Assembly: GCA_030141605.1 (NCBI GenBank)
Contig: JAQGDQ010000736.1
Span: forward strand, 40,851-104,850
Direction: 5' to 3'
Origin: Tubiluchus corallicola
Lineage: Eukaryota > Animalia > Priapulida
Length of the DNA: 64,000 nt
The position numbers and the translations under genes are program-made. The notes below the pieces were generated by a model that saw only the letters and a list, made by a program, of their open reading frames with translations, was not told the origin of the DNA and did no database searches. Shown piece by piece: positions 42,291-54,095 of the stretch (within the stretch, counting starts at the first letter, position 1; each line of letters opens with the position of its first letter).

Positions 42291-42452
42291 CGGATGAGCA
42301 ACAATGCACTGACTCCTGTGAGTGAGTTCTTCGGTGAAATAAGACGGCAATATGCAACTTGTTGAGCTTGCAAGGATCATGCCGGGTACTACCAGCTCGT
42401 CAAATTGCTTAAATACTTCTTTTTTCGTCTGTAGATGTTCTCTAACACATTC
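42291..42452 (-). CDS. CRYL1: CRYL1 coding exon 4 (ECVREHLQTKK...ILASSTSCILPS...IVAHP)
   Basis: 162 nt, AG/GT bounded; SSTSC and catalytic-His VAHP motifs of the 3-hydroxyacyl-CoA dehydrogenase family. Confidence 0.95.
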
Positions 42453-43434
42453 CTGAAAAATGAAAGATTTCATTAGAAATATTTAAACAAGCATATTTAA
42501 TATAAATTGAATATATTATTACGACGACGAAGTGCCATTTATTTTCACCCCCACATTGTGATGGTTAGATCACTGCGAAGCCATTGCATATCAGCCTTGC
42601 ATAATAGCTATAAGCAGCTGGTATGGAATGGCCTCGTCGGTTCAGTGGGCTGGCAGGCAGGTGCGTTTTCTACCTCAGCACCTGCTCCATAATGGCAACC
42701 AGCATGGAGCACGATGAATTAACTATCTAGCGAGTTACTTGATTCTATAATGTCACGTTTATTACCCCAATAGCCCAATCTCTTCGGATTGTTTTAAAAA
42801 CTTTTTCTCAAACAGAATAATTGAAATCTGGAACCAATTCCCTGAGTTTATTGGGGGAATCCCCTTGGTCTGGACTCAGAGTAGCAAACTTTTCAAAAAA
42901 TGTTTATAACATGTAAATCTTAATAGTCATTTATCTTTTAACAGGCATATGTAAGTAGCCTTGGCTTTTTGTGTTTTATCCGTAACCTTTTAACTAGCCA
43001 TTTTATCTGTAAAACTCATATCTGCGCTGTATATACGTTTTATCCTGATTTCATAGTTTATATCTTCTTGTAAATATTTTAATGTTTTTTAATAAAGACT
43101 GCGTGTTGAACTCTTAACTAACTATTAAACTACACATGGCGCTAGACGTGCTTGCACTAAAGAAATCAAGAATAATATATCTTGTCACAAAACAATTGTG
43201 CAAAGTTAAGAATGAAAACATCAAATGTTTAACCCTAACAGCAGGCTGTTCTTCAGATTTCGAATTTACTTTGGTTTGCTCGTCAATTCAACCAATAATT
43301 GTTTGTATTCTATATAATGCCACAACAAAAAAAATTGTGTGTTCACTATGTAAAAGGTATTTATATAGTAATGGCATTTTCTTTTACTGGTGATTAGATA
43401 CTGACAATAAATTAGAAAAAATAAAATAAAATAC

Positions 43435-43587
43435 CTGTACATAAAAAGCTCCTGCAAGGCATTCCTTCAGGTTAGATGAGCCACTAATAAGTCGTCTTTG
43501 TTCCTCCACACTCAACTGTCCACGCAAACTTCCATCTTTGCTTAGGTCACGCAGCTCCTCCTCTATATATTCCAGAGCCGCAGATAT
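43435..43587 (-). CDS. CRYL1: CRYL1 coding exon 3 (ISAALEYIEEELRDLSKDGSLRGQLSVEEQRRLISGSSNLKECLAGAFYVQ)
   Basis: 153 nt, AG/GT bounded, phase 0-0; GSLRG.LSVEEQ motif of CRYL1. Confidence 0.93.
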
Positions 43588-43612
43588 CTAAAAGTGTAAC
43601 AAACAAAGTTAA

Positions 43613-44724
43613 AGGAAAAGACAACTTATTTAGCATGTTGGGTTTATTTTACTGTTATCACTTAAACTTAGAAACATATAGCAAAGAAATTTGCAAAAAA
43701 CTGTCTATAAAGCATAAAGTTATTTTGTACTATAAGCAAATTTTCAGGTGAGATAATAACCGCTATTCACCTAAAAAATTGTCACGTAATTGGAGGACTT
43801 CATAATTTTTTGTAAGCACATCTGTAACCCGTGCTGTTTAAACTAATTCATACTTTTGCAGCTTAACAAATGGCAATGCAAAAATATCACGAATTTTGGT
43901 AACATATATATTTATGTACAAGTCGAATTTTTTGGAGGCAATTTTAAGGTGAAATTTTTGGGGTCGACTTATACTTACGATATGTTTTTGGGAAATGTCG
44001 CTAAAGAGTCGTCTACAATATGAATACGTAAAGAAATATATCCTTCATTATATGGTGGACTGAATGAACACTCATACTGTGATACTTCACATCAGAGAAT
44101 GTTCACATCTTGACATTACTTCACAAAATTAACAAATATTACTGTAATTTATTATAATGTATGTGAAATAAAGTTAAAATTTATATATTACCAGTAAACA
44201 AACTACTGACGGAGCACTCGATCAGAACATAGAAATCGTGTAGGTACATCAGATAGGTATAATATACTCGGCCCAGGCACTTGCACGTATCTTACACACT
44301 AACACAGTAGGCTATTGATTTATTACTAGGCTATTGTTGACATCATTTACTCTGGAAGATCTTCATAATTTATGGTCAATTTGTACACAGGTAATGCATA
44401 AAATGATGTAATTTTTGGTCTTAAAATGCACATCGACTTGTACATAAGGTTCTCTTGTATACACGTATATACGATACCTAATTTTGTGCGAAAACTTATT
44501 ATACTTTTGAAGCAAATAGATAGTGCATTGTTTTTCTTCAGTCAATGAAGACATTATTGGTGAAAAAATGGACGTTGAAAATGAGAGCGTTCACGCAAGA
44601 AATGATGGCAACTTTTAAGTGATTTTACTAATTGCACAAGGCACTTATCACTTTTTTATTCCTTCTAACATCTTTTACGAACATTGAAATAAACCAAACT
44701 TCCAAGACAGGTGTGGCCTTTCCT
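43613..44724. mobile_element. Kolobok-like element filling most of CRYL1 intron 2
   Basis: TTAA|AGGAAAAGAC...GGCCTTTCCT|TTAA. Confidence 0.55.
43903..44475. mobile_element. Degenerate Tc2/pogo-like MITE nested in the previous element
   Basis: Inverted tatgtacaagtcga / tcgacttgtacata, internal gggtcgacttatac, end tatatacgata. Confidence 0.45.
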
Positions 44725-44790
44725 TTAATAACTCAGCTTAAATAACTGTGTGCACTTCATTAAACAGATTCAAAAACCCAATGAACTTGC

Positions 44791-44872
44791 CTGTTTTGCA
44801 TCAATATCATATATGGAAACTGTATATCCAGCCGCTGCAAATACCAGAGCCCACGATCGTCCAATTAAACCA
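44791..44872 (-). CDS. CRYL1: CRYL1 coding exon 2 (S-GLIGRSWALVFAAAGYTVSIYDIDAKQ)
   Basis: ttttag acceptor; GSGLIGRSWA motif typical of lambda-crystallin; ends at non-canonical donor CAG|GCAAGT, phase 0. Confidence 0.92.
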
Positions 44873-45516
44873 CTAAAAGTAAAAGCGAAAAAATTTCCAG
44901 AAAAATGACTGACAAGAAAGCAAACTAGTAGACAGTAAAAATCATCATGATGCTCACATACGTTTAAATCAAATCATCATGACTCACTTACTTCACCTAC
45001 GCAGTTACTTCATTCACAACTCAACCACTTCACTGGAACATTTACTTTATTTATGAATCACCACTTTGACTTAAACAATTACCTCCTGTTAACGGACAAT
45101 ATAATTTATAAGCCAGTTACTTGACTTAAAAGCACAACTGATTTTTATGTTGAGAATGCTCACCCCCTAATGATCAGAACTATATTTTACTGACAAAGTC
45201 ACTGACTTCACTCAAGCAGTTACTTCAATTTTGAGTCAGCCTAATGGCTCATGCAAAGTAATGCTAATGTAATTCAATGAGTACTTTACAATAATGATAA
45301 ACAAATGACTCCTCGGTTTCACGTTTCTAATGTTACCAGATTGTCCGTCAATTTAATATGACTAATTTGTCAAATAAAAGAAGCTACTGTGCACAATAGA
45401 CATCTCATGTGTTTTTAAACACTTACACACTGTTTGGTTTTTAGTGTAACAAATCACAATAACATTAATGCTCAAGAAATACCGCTTAATTTTATTTTTT
45501 GGCCTTTATTGCTTAC

Positions 45517-45578
45517 CTTCCAACAACAGCAACTTTTCCTCTATCTCCAGTTGGATTGTTACTATTGGCAGAAGACAT
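45517..45578 (-). CDS. CRYL1: CRYL1 coding exon 1 (MSSANSNNPTGDRGKVAVVG-S)
   Basis: ATG at 45578; ends AG|GTAAGC (phase 2); starts the Rossmann motif VAVVGSGLIG completed by the next exon. Confidence 0.9.
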
Positions 45579-45768
45579 AGTTATCACATAAAAACTGAAA
45601 CTCTTGAATGGAGAAAGCTAAAAAAGAATGCAAATCATACTATCAGTGATAGCACAAGGAGTTCAGTATCATACAAGAGCTGACAAATTATTATTTCATA
45701 ATTCACCCAGGTGAGTTATAATTCTATAAGCAATACGTAACTGAACGAAGTACAATGATTAGTTACGT

Positions 45769-46092
45769 ATTAAGACGATAGGTTATTACTGTAGCAAAAT
45801 ATTATAGCTATGGAATACAACATTGCAAATAGCAAAATATATACATAAATGGCAAAATATTTCATATATGATATTAGCACAAAATGATATTGCAATTTTG
45901 AATGGCAAAAAAATATACCGCGCCACTGTAGCAAAAATGATAGGCTATTATTGTTCACTGTAGCAAAAATGTGATAGGCCGTTATTATATGCAGACAAAT
46001 TGTACCACAGTAGTAAAAAATGATGGGACAGGGGTAAAATACTGTGCCATTGCAGTGGGGACGATAGTATTAAGGCTATATAAATGACAAAT
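45769..46092 (-). repeat. Degenerate inverted copies of the 60-bp satellite unit
   Basis: gcgccactgtagcaaaaatgataggctatta and attaaggctatataaatgacaaa are reverse complements of the unit. Confidence 0.85.
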
Positions 46093-46094
46093 AT

Positions 46095-47858
46095 GGCACA
46101 GTATATTTTTGTCATTTAAACATAGCCTTAATAGCCTATCATTTTTAACTCAGTGGCGCAGTATATTTTTGTCATTTAAACATAGCCTTAATAGCCTATC
46201 ATTTTTGCTACAGTGGCACAGTATATTTTTGCCATTTAAACATAGCCTTAATAGCCTATCATTTTTACTACAGTGGCACAGTATATTTTTGTCATTTAAA
46301 CATAGCCTTAATAGCCCATCATTTTTACTACAGTGGCACAGTATATTTTTGCCCCTTAATAGTCCATCATTTTTACTACTGTGGTACAGTATATTTTTGT
46401 CATTTAAACATAGCCTTAATAGCCTATCATTTTTGCTACAGTGGCAATAATAACCTATCATTTTTGCTACAGTGGCGCAGTATATTTTTGCCATTTAAAC
46501 ATAGCCTTAATAGCCTATCATTTTTGCTACAGTGGCAATAATAGCCTATCATTTTTGCTACAGTGGCGCAGTATATTTTTGCCATTTAAACATAGCCTTA
46601 ATAGCCTATCATTTTTGCTACAGTGGCACAGTATATTTTTGCCATTTAAACATAGCCTTAATAGCCTATCATTTTTGCTACAGTGGCAATAATAGCCTAT
46701 CATTTTTGCTACAGTGGCGCAGTATATTTTTGCCATTTAAACATAGCCTTAATAGCCTATCATTTTTGCTACAGTGGCGCAGTATATTTTTGCCATTTAA
46801 ACATAGCCTTAATAGCCTATCATTTTTGCTACAGTGGCAATAATAGCCTATCATTTTTGCTACAGTGGCGCAGTATATTTTTGCCATTTAAACATAGCCT
46901 TAATAGCCTATCATTTTTCCTACAGTGGCAATAATAGCCTATCATTTTTGCTACAGTGGCGCAGTATATTTTTGCCATTTAAACATAGCCTTAATAGCCT
47001 ATCATTTTTGCTACAGTGGCAATAATAGCCTATCATTTTTGCTACAGTGGCGCAGTATATTTTTGCCATTTAAACATAGCCTTAATAGCCTATCATTTTT
47101 GCTACAGTGGCACAGTATATTTTTGCCATTTAAACATAGCCTTAATAGCCTATCATTTTTGCTACAGTGGCAATAATAGCCTATCATTTTTGCTACAGTG
47201 GCGCAGTATATTTTTGCCATTTAAACATAGCCTTAATAGCCTATCATTTTTGCTACAGTGGCAATAATAGCCTATCATTTTTGCTACAGTGGCGCAGTAT
47301 ATTTTTGCCATTTAAACATAGCCTTAATAGCCTATCATTTTTGCTACAGTGGCACAGTATATTTTTGCCATTTAAACATAGCCTTAATAGCCTATCATTT
47401 TTGCTACAGTGGCACAGTATATTTTTGCCCCTTAATAGCCCATCATTTTTACTACTGTGGTATGTACAGTATATTTTTGTCATTTAAACATAGCCTTAAT
47501 AGCCTATCATTTTTGCTACAGTGGCAATAATTTGCTTGCCATTTAAACATGCCTTAATAGCCTATCATTTTTGCTACAGTGGCGCAGTATATTTTTGCCA
47601 TTTAAACATAGCCTTAATAGCCTATCATTTTTGCTACAGTGGCGCAGTATATTTTTGCCATTTACACATAGCCTTAATAGCCTATCATTTTTGCTACAGT
47701 GGCACAGTATATTTTTGCCATTTACACATAGCCTTAATAGCCTATCATTTTTGCTACAGTGGCACAGTATATTTTTGCCATTTAAACATAGCCTTAATAG
47801 CCTATCATTTTTGCTACAGTGGCACAGTATATTTTTGCCATTTAAACATAGCCTTAAT
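46095..47858 (+). repeat. 60-bp satellite interspersed with 31-bp half units
   Basis: Unit CAGTATATTTTTGCCATTTAAACATAGCCTTAATAGCCTATCATTTTTGCTACAGTGGCR; alternates with AATAATAGCCTATCATTTTTGCTACAGTGGC. Confidence 0.97.
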
Positions 47859-47912
47859 ATTTTCGTTGTTTTACTACTTGCCGTGACAAATCGAACTGAT
47901 TTTTTATTTCAG

Positions 47913-48715
47913 TTCTGCTCCTGCAGTGAGTATGATGATGACAGTTACGGCACTGGTTACAGTTATGGACCTAGTGTAGCTGGTTACGGTAGAGGGTACG
48001 GGGATTACGGCTACGGCAGAGGATATGGACGCTATGGCAGGGGGTACGGGGATTACGTTTACGGCAGAGGATATGGAGGCTATTGGGCTTACGGCAGAGG
48101 ATATGGAGGCTATTGGGCTTTCGGCAGAGGATATGGAGGCTATGGCAGGGGGTACGCAGGGTATGGCTATGGTAGCGGTTCAGGTGGTGGATACGACAGA
48201 GGTGGCAGAGGATACGGCTATGCAGACATTTACCGTGGCGGCTATGGTGGCAGAGGATACGGCTATGGAGGCGGTTACGGTAGCGGCTATGGTGGTAGAT
48301 ATGTAGATATGGTAGCTAGGTGGTACTGATCCCACCCATCCTACCACATACGGAACTGGATACGGATATGGCGGTCCCACTGCCGCATACGGACGATTAC
48401 GGACGCGCTGCTTACGGTTATGGCAGGGACAGGTACGATGCCGGTTACGGTGAGGCTGGTTATGTGGCTGGAGGCTACGGTCAGGCTAGGGAGAACACAC
48501 AACGTTCTCGCTCAGTCTACACCCACGCAGTCCACGAGAACAGTGCCACCAATCGGCAAGCCAGAGGCGGATACGGTGAAGCAGCGTATGGAAGAGCTGG
48601 CCATGCCTCCGGAGAGGGAGAAGCCGGATATGGTTATGCTGAGGGCGCTGTTCAGAGGGGCTCCTCATATGCTGTACAGAATGCTCCTGCAAGAACCGGA
48701 CACAGCTATGAATAA
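47913..48715 (+). pseudogene. Gly/Tyr/Arg-rich low-complexity structural protein exon (YGRGYG repeats), frameshifted; pseudogene, truncated allele or consensus error
   Basis: Acceptor ttttatttcag at 47912; FCSCSEYDDDSYGTGY... with GYGRGYG repeats up to TGA 48327-48329; the same composition resumes in frame +1 (48319-48396) and frame +2 (48395-48715, TAA); AATAAA at 48739-48744. Confidence 0.75.
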
Positions 48716-49147
48716 GCACGAAGAATGTTTGTTGTTGAAATAAAATTCTACGCATGATTTTGTCACTCGCATTCAGTGAATTTAAACGTTTCATTATATA
48801 TTGCAGTTTTGATTAGTAATTGCACAATACATACAAAACAGCTCAAAACAATGTTCAGCTGTAAAAACGATGATAATGATACAAACAAATGAGATGAGAG
48901 GTATTTAAAAATGCTAATTAACAAGGGTGAGGTGATAATGATAACGTCAGGCAAATAAAGCAGTGGACACATAATTCCGGAAATGCGCTACTTTGACTGA
49001 CGATTATTTCCGGTATGAACCCAGGAAGGACCATTATAATACCTGTACAGAACAAACATTCTCGGTGATTCTATTGATGAATTCTAAGATATCCATGGCT
49101 ATAAATAGGTAAACAATAGCAAAGTGTAAGTAAACAAACCCAATTTG

Positions 49148-50540
49148 TGTGATATAGCAGCAAGTTTTACCCTTTGTATGATTGTTATGAATAAATTTCG
49201 GAAAATGAATTTCGGTAAATATTAATTGAGTTATATTGAATTAGATTCAGATGATAAACTCGCGCCTCCCTGATTTTGTCAAGGAAATTTAGACAGAGTG
49301 AATAGGAAACTCACCCAGCTGGCGCTCGAATTTAATGAGTTAAAATTGTCACACGATAGTAGAAGGACAGGTGTAGAATTCGAGAAGACACTGTTGATTA
49401 AGCAGCATGCATGCAGAGTGGAAGACAATAAAGTAGAAGGTCACTAGCGATTAGTTGTCGCATGCAGGGAAGATAATTAAGAGAGCCAAGGTCTAGTATC
49501 AGTGCTCATCGAAAATTAAAATGAAATCAGAAGATATGCCGCCCAGATGGTGTGGAAGAAGCCAAAGCGGCGGAATTTAAGAAAAGTCATTATTGGTTAT
49601 AAAATCAGAAAGTGAAAGAGTTAGCTGCTGTCCAGGAGGTAGAGTGTTGCCAGGTGGTGCAATACCACGAAGGTCAGACTTTTGAGATATAAGCTCAGGC
49701 AAAATATTCCAAAGACACGCACACAACGGAGTGACGTGAGAGTCACATACACCACGAGTGAGAGAGGGAGTCTGACAGTGGTTGCTGCCATATCATGTTG
49801 TGTCCGGGACATCTTCTGAGAGATAGAAGTAATGTTGGCCCAGCGTGCAGGAACAATCTACGTACTTAGCATAGACTGAGCACTGGTGCTGCGTAGTCTC
49901 CTTAGGAAACAGAGATTTGGCCAGTAGTAGTGGTACATTGGCCAATCCACAAGTTAAGTGTTTCAACTTATCTAACTTGTATTTGGTATCTGATACAGTT
50001 GTAACCGAAACGTTGTATGAATTAAGCATCTTCAGTGCATCATACCAATATCGTAAATCAGTTAAGTGGATAGCATCATCTTTGGAGCTAGACATTATTT
50101 GTAAACGCCCACCGGCGTATAAGACCAAATCTTGTATTGGAACCAGAGGTGATTAAATTGTAAACTGTAAAGTTCAATAAAGTCTATTCGCTGTATTAAC
50201 ATAGACATGGAGTTTGTGAATGTTTAAAGCATTATCGGTAACTCGTAATCGCAACACTAGATCCTGGATTCGAACCTGAAACGATTCGCAGAGTAAATAA
50301 GAGCTCAATTGCGGGAGCTAAGCTTGTAAACTTGAGGGATAAAGATCTGACTCAGAACGCAAGGTCGAGGTGAAAGTCGTGTAGGACAAGATCATTGCCT
50401 TAGCTACTTAAGTAAAGCCCTCGGAGTCGGGTAATCGATAACCGATCAATTACCTATAAGCGATCAATAAGCGAATCTAAAACATCAATTAATTCAATCA
50501 TTCAAGATCACTCTATACGGTAAATTACTATACGATCACA
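49148..50540 (+). mobile_element. Probable long solo LTR (Gypsy-like)
   Basis: TGTGAT...ATCACA termini, flanks TTTG/TTAG (3 of 4 match), internal AATAAA near 50177, higher GC than surroundings, no convincing ORF. Confidence 0.45.
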
Positions 50541-51287
50541 TTAGAGAGTGAGAACTTGATAAAGTTAACAAACGTTCGTCTTATTCAATTTATATAGGAA
50601 CTTAAAAGCATTCGTTATTAAATCAAGATAACTGTTATTAAATATATATATATATATATATTATTTTAAATCGTACTTGTGGTACAATATTTCTATTCTT
50701 AGCAAGTATTGATAATTTTCCACTTAAACCTATGTGTTGCTATACATTGAGAATTTTTTCTTGTTTGGAGGAAGTCAGTTTTTCTGAAAAAGTTGCTTCA
50801 ACGTCAAGCTATTAATATCAGTTTTGGGGACCACCTGCTGTTCACTTGCCATAAATATATACATATTCAGTTCAATTCAATTTACTTTCAATTTATTTAT
50901 CTCTTTATAGTGTCACAATAAAACATGATTAATAAAAGAATCTCTAATAAATTTTGAAAAATGGTTAAAATATATAGATCTAGAACTAGAGAAAGGATAG
51001 CGAAAAGACTATAAAGTCACCTGGTCTACTATCCTTTACCGAATATAGATAAAAAGATTTTTTAGACACTGGTGGGCATTAATGTTATCAGTTTAATTTA
51101 GGAATATTGGACAGTTCGTGTGACGTAAAAGTATTTTTGTCTATATGAACATTATCTGAACTTAGTAAATACGTTAATAATAAGATAGTATTATATATAT
51201 ATATATATATATCGAAATATGAAAATGTGAATTAATCTTTATATAGTAGTTTTTCACTTGTACACATGGCTTGCATTACGTATCATA

Positions 51288-51377
51288 CAGTATAATCCGC
51301 CTATAACGAGTTCAAAGTTGAAATTTGTTCGTATTAACCGGAGTCATAACATGCCTTGCTATAAGAGGATTATACTT
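51288..51377. mobile_element. Miniature Tigger/pogo-like MITE
   Basis: ta|CAGTATAATCCGCCTATAACGAG ... CTTGCTATAAGAGGATTATACT imperfect TIR. Confidence 0.55.
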
Positions 51378-51539
51378 AGGTGTAAAATTTTATTCAATTT
51401 TATTTAAATATATATATATATATAGCTGTAGTATGCAACATAATACCTATACAACTATATATGCAATGTATAATATAATATCTGTCCATAGGATTTAGTC
51501 AGCTAGTTTATGACCTGTCGGTTAAAAATTATAAAAATA

Positions 51540-52010
51540 ATGATGATTCTCTAGTTAACGTGAAGAGACAATTGTTTAATGCTTACTGCACTACTTTTTA
51601 TTGTATGTCCACTTGGAGACATTTTTATTCTTACAATCTGAGCAAACTCAAGGTTGCGTATAATGTATCAACACGGAAGCTGTTTAACTTTTCATATGAT
51701 ACGAGCGCCAGATATATTTCTACTAGACTTAATATTAATATTATTTATTTTGATGTGATTCACAGAAAATGTGCATACAGTTTACACGTCAGGCTGAATA
51801 AGAGTGAAAATTCTATATGCAAGAACATTTTAAACAGTGATGCAAACTCTACTTCTGTAATTAGACGTCACTGGCGTAGTTTGTTATATTGTTAATTGCT
51901 ATTTGTGTTATTGTTATGTGTCATAATTTATTGCATTATTTGTATTAATTTGTGATGTGTATATGAACTTTGTAAAGTTTGAAATAAAATATTAAATCAA
52001 AAATCAAATC
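51540..52010 (+). mobile_element. RTE-X-like LINE 3' end
   Basis: KRQLFNAYC..FY....W......KLKVAYN...RKL ORF tail, AATAAA and (AAATC)n tail. Confidence 0.7.
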
Positions 52011-52860
52011 TAGTATCACCTTACTGTTCTAGTAGTGCCTCTCTTGAAACATATAAACACTTTTTTCTAATTGTTCAAACTATATGAAACCAAGAAATAA
52101 TATGTCTAACGAGCTTTAAGTTTAAGTTATAAGTTTATTTATTTCCACTCTGCATCCAACAATTATAATAAAAATACAGATAATTTCACTGAAGTAAATA
52201 TAAATATAAATGCAATATAATCCAGAAATTACAAAAGAGATTCTTATGCAGCATATACATGTGCAAATTACATTACAGAATAATTTTGATGCATACAGTT
52301 TGATCCTAAAAGCATAGCTTGACAGGTCAAACTGTACGTGGAAATCTTAAAGAAATGATTAATAATTGAAATAATGATAATATATACATAAAAATGGGGG
52401 GGGGGGGGGGGGGTTAGTGAATGAAAGATGAAATGGAACGAGAACTAAGAATTGAGAGCTTAATAGTTTGATCATGATTATGACTTTAGAAATTTGGTTG
52501 TGAGAAATATCATAAATTTCTTACTCCAGGGAGATGAGAATCTAAGTTTTGTACATAAATTGTAAACTATTTGATTGTGTACAGATGTTTTAAATATCGA
52601 ATTAATTAATTTACATAATCAAGATGCATGTTTAAGCCATAAACAAGTTTAGTGTACAACCTAAATATTTAAATATTTATCACTTGCTTTAGTATCTACT
52701 TACACTAGATACTATAGTAACTTTGTAAGTATTGTTTATATATATATATATTTGTATATATAAGTTAGTAAAAGTTGTTGAACTTACTAAACGGGGAGTG
52801 TCCGCGCATTAGTTGTTGAAACTTTCTCATTCGAACCGCGTAATAAAATTATATTTAAAG
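52011..52860 (+). mobile_element. CR1-like LINE 3' end interrupted by another retro-tail (about 52117-52455, GAGCTT direct repeats)
   Basis: Aligns with the reverse complement of 39480-40050 on both sides of the insertion. Confidence 0.6.
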
Positions 52861-53494
52861 GAAAACCGGATGATTGTGTAAACACGAGTTCAGAATAAAG
52901 AATGCTCTAAAATATTGAAAACTACAATAGCTTTTTGTAAATCAAAACTTAGATAAAATAATAATTACCTCGGATACTCAAATTTCGTTAAACTTTCAAA
53001 GCTACGCGCGGCTCAGTGAATCTGCTAAGATTGGCAGTGGCGCCTTTTTGTCACATTCGCGTGGCCGACAAATAGAAGGTGGTACAGTTATAACCATGAT
53101 CATGAACTGCTGTGTTAGTTTCTGACGTCATATGATGTACAGCCTATTTTTCGTGACACCAGACCTTTAAACAGTACTGTAACACCTATGCAAATGTGCT
53201 TGATACGAAGGAAAGACGCCCGCCATTGCACAAACTGTGGTTAGTTTCTGACGTAAGCAGTAGCTGTGTTCGGTTACAGTTAATTAACTTTCTAACCTAA
53301 TTATTCAAATATAAGGAACAATTGTTAACTTTTATAGGCAAGAAAATGTATATTTTGGACAGTAAATTAAAATGAGATTGACAGTAAACAGGAGATTGAG
53401 TCTAAACAATCGTCCGGTCTTCGTTTAAAATGAAATAATATCTGTGCCTTTATTTGTAAAATATCTCATGTATAACATACTCTATTATCTATTC

Positions 53495-53652
53495 CTATAT
53501 GATATCAACTTTATTGCACTGAGTTTTACTAACGCCCGGACGGCATACACAAATGTTGGAGTTTGAGTCACAGAGTCGTCCGAATCTTACCTCGTCACTA
53601 TCAAAAAACATACATTCGTTGCTTGATAGACAGAAACCGCCCAATTGAACAC
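53495..53652 (-). CDS. Terminal EB/EGF-like exon (G-VQLGGFCLSSNECMFFDSDEVRFGRLCDSNSNICVCRPGVSKTQCNKVDII*)
   Basis: tttttcaag acceptor, phase 1; six Cys including CxC; TAG stop; minus-strand AATAAA at 53449-53454. Confidence 0.82.
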
Positions 53653-54095
53653 CTTGAAAAATGCAAAGCAATTCGATTTAAGTCGCGTTTATTGACAACC
53701 TGAATCATTACGTTACGTTACGTTACGTTAAGGGGCGTATTAACCATTGGGCTGCCTAGGTTGAGAGGCGTCACATTTTAGAAAAAAATTTTATTCTCCC
53801 GGAAAAGGTGTACACTTTCATATTCATGTAAAGGGCGCAATTTATAACACACCACAAGCAGTAGCTGAACACAGCTTTACATAAGTGCCACATAACAAAC
53901 AGGGGCAAGGTATTACACAACAAGCAGTTGCGCTGCCTGCTTGAATATAAGCGCTGTGCAAACACATGTAATTAAAAAGGACCACATAGAAACGAAGTTA
54001 ATGATGTTTCTAATACACCACAAGTAATTGTTTAATTTGCTCATTATATAAACAATAAATTCACAATAGAGATAGAACAACCAGGAAACGAAGGG

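Noticed and set aside
46109-47886. Many repetitive ORFs on both strands
   Set aside because: They are translations of the 60/31-bp satellite, with frames switching at each half unit and no credible starts
48303-48425. An intron removing the frameshifted part of the Gly/Tyr exon
   Set aside because: No polypyrimidine acceptor, and the skipped stretch clearly encodes Gly/Tyr repeats in another frame
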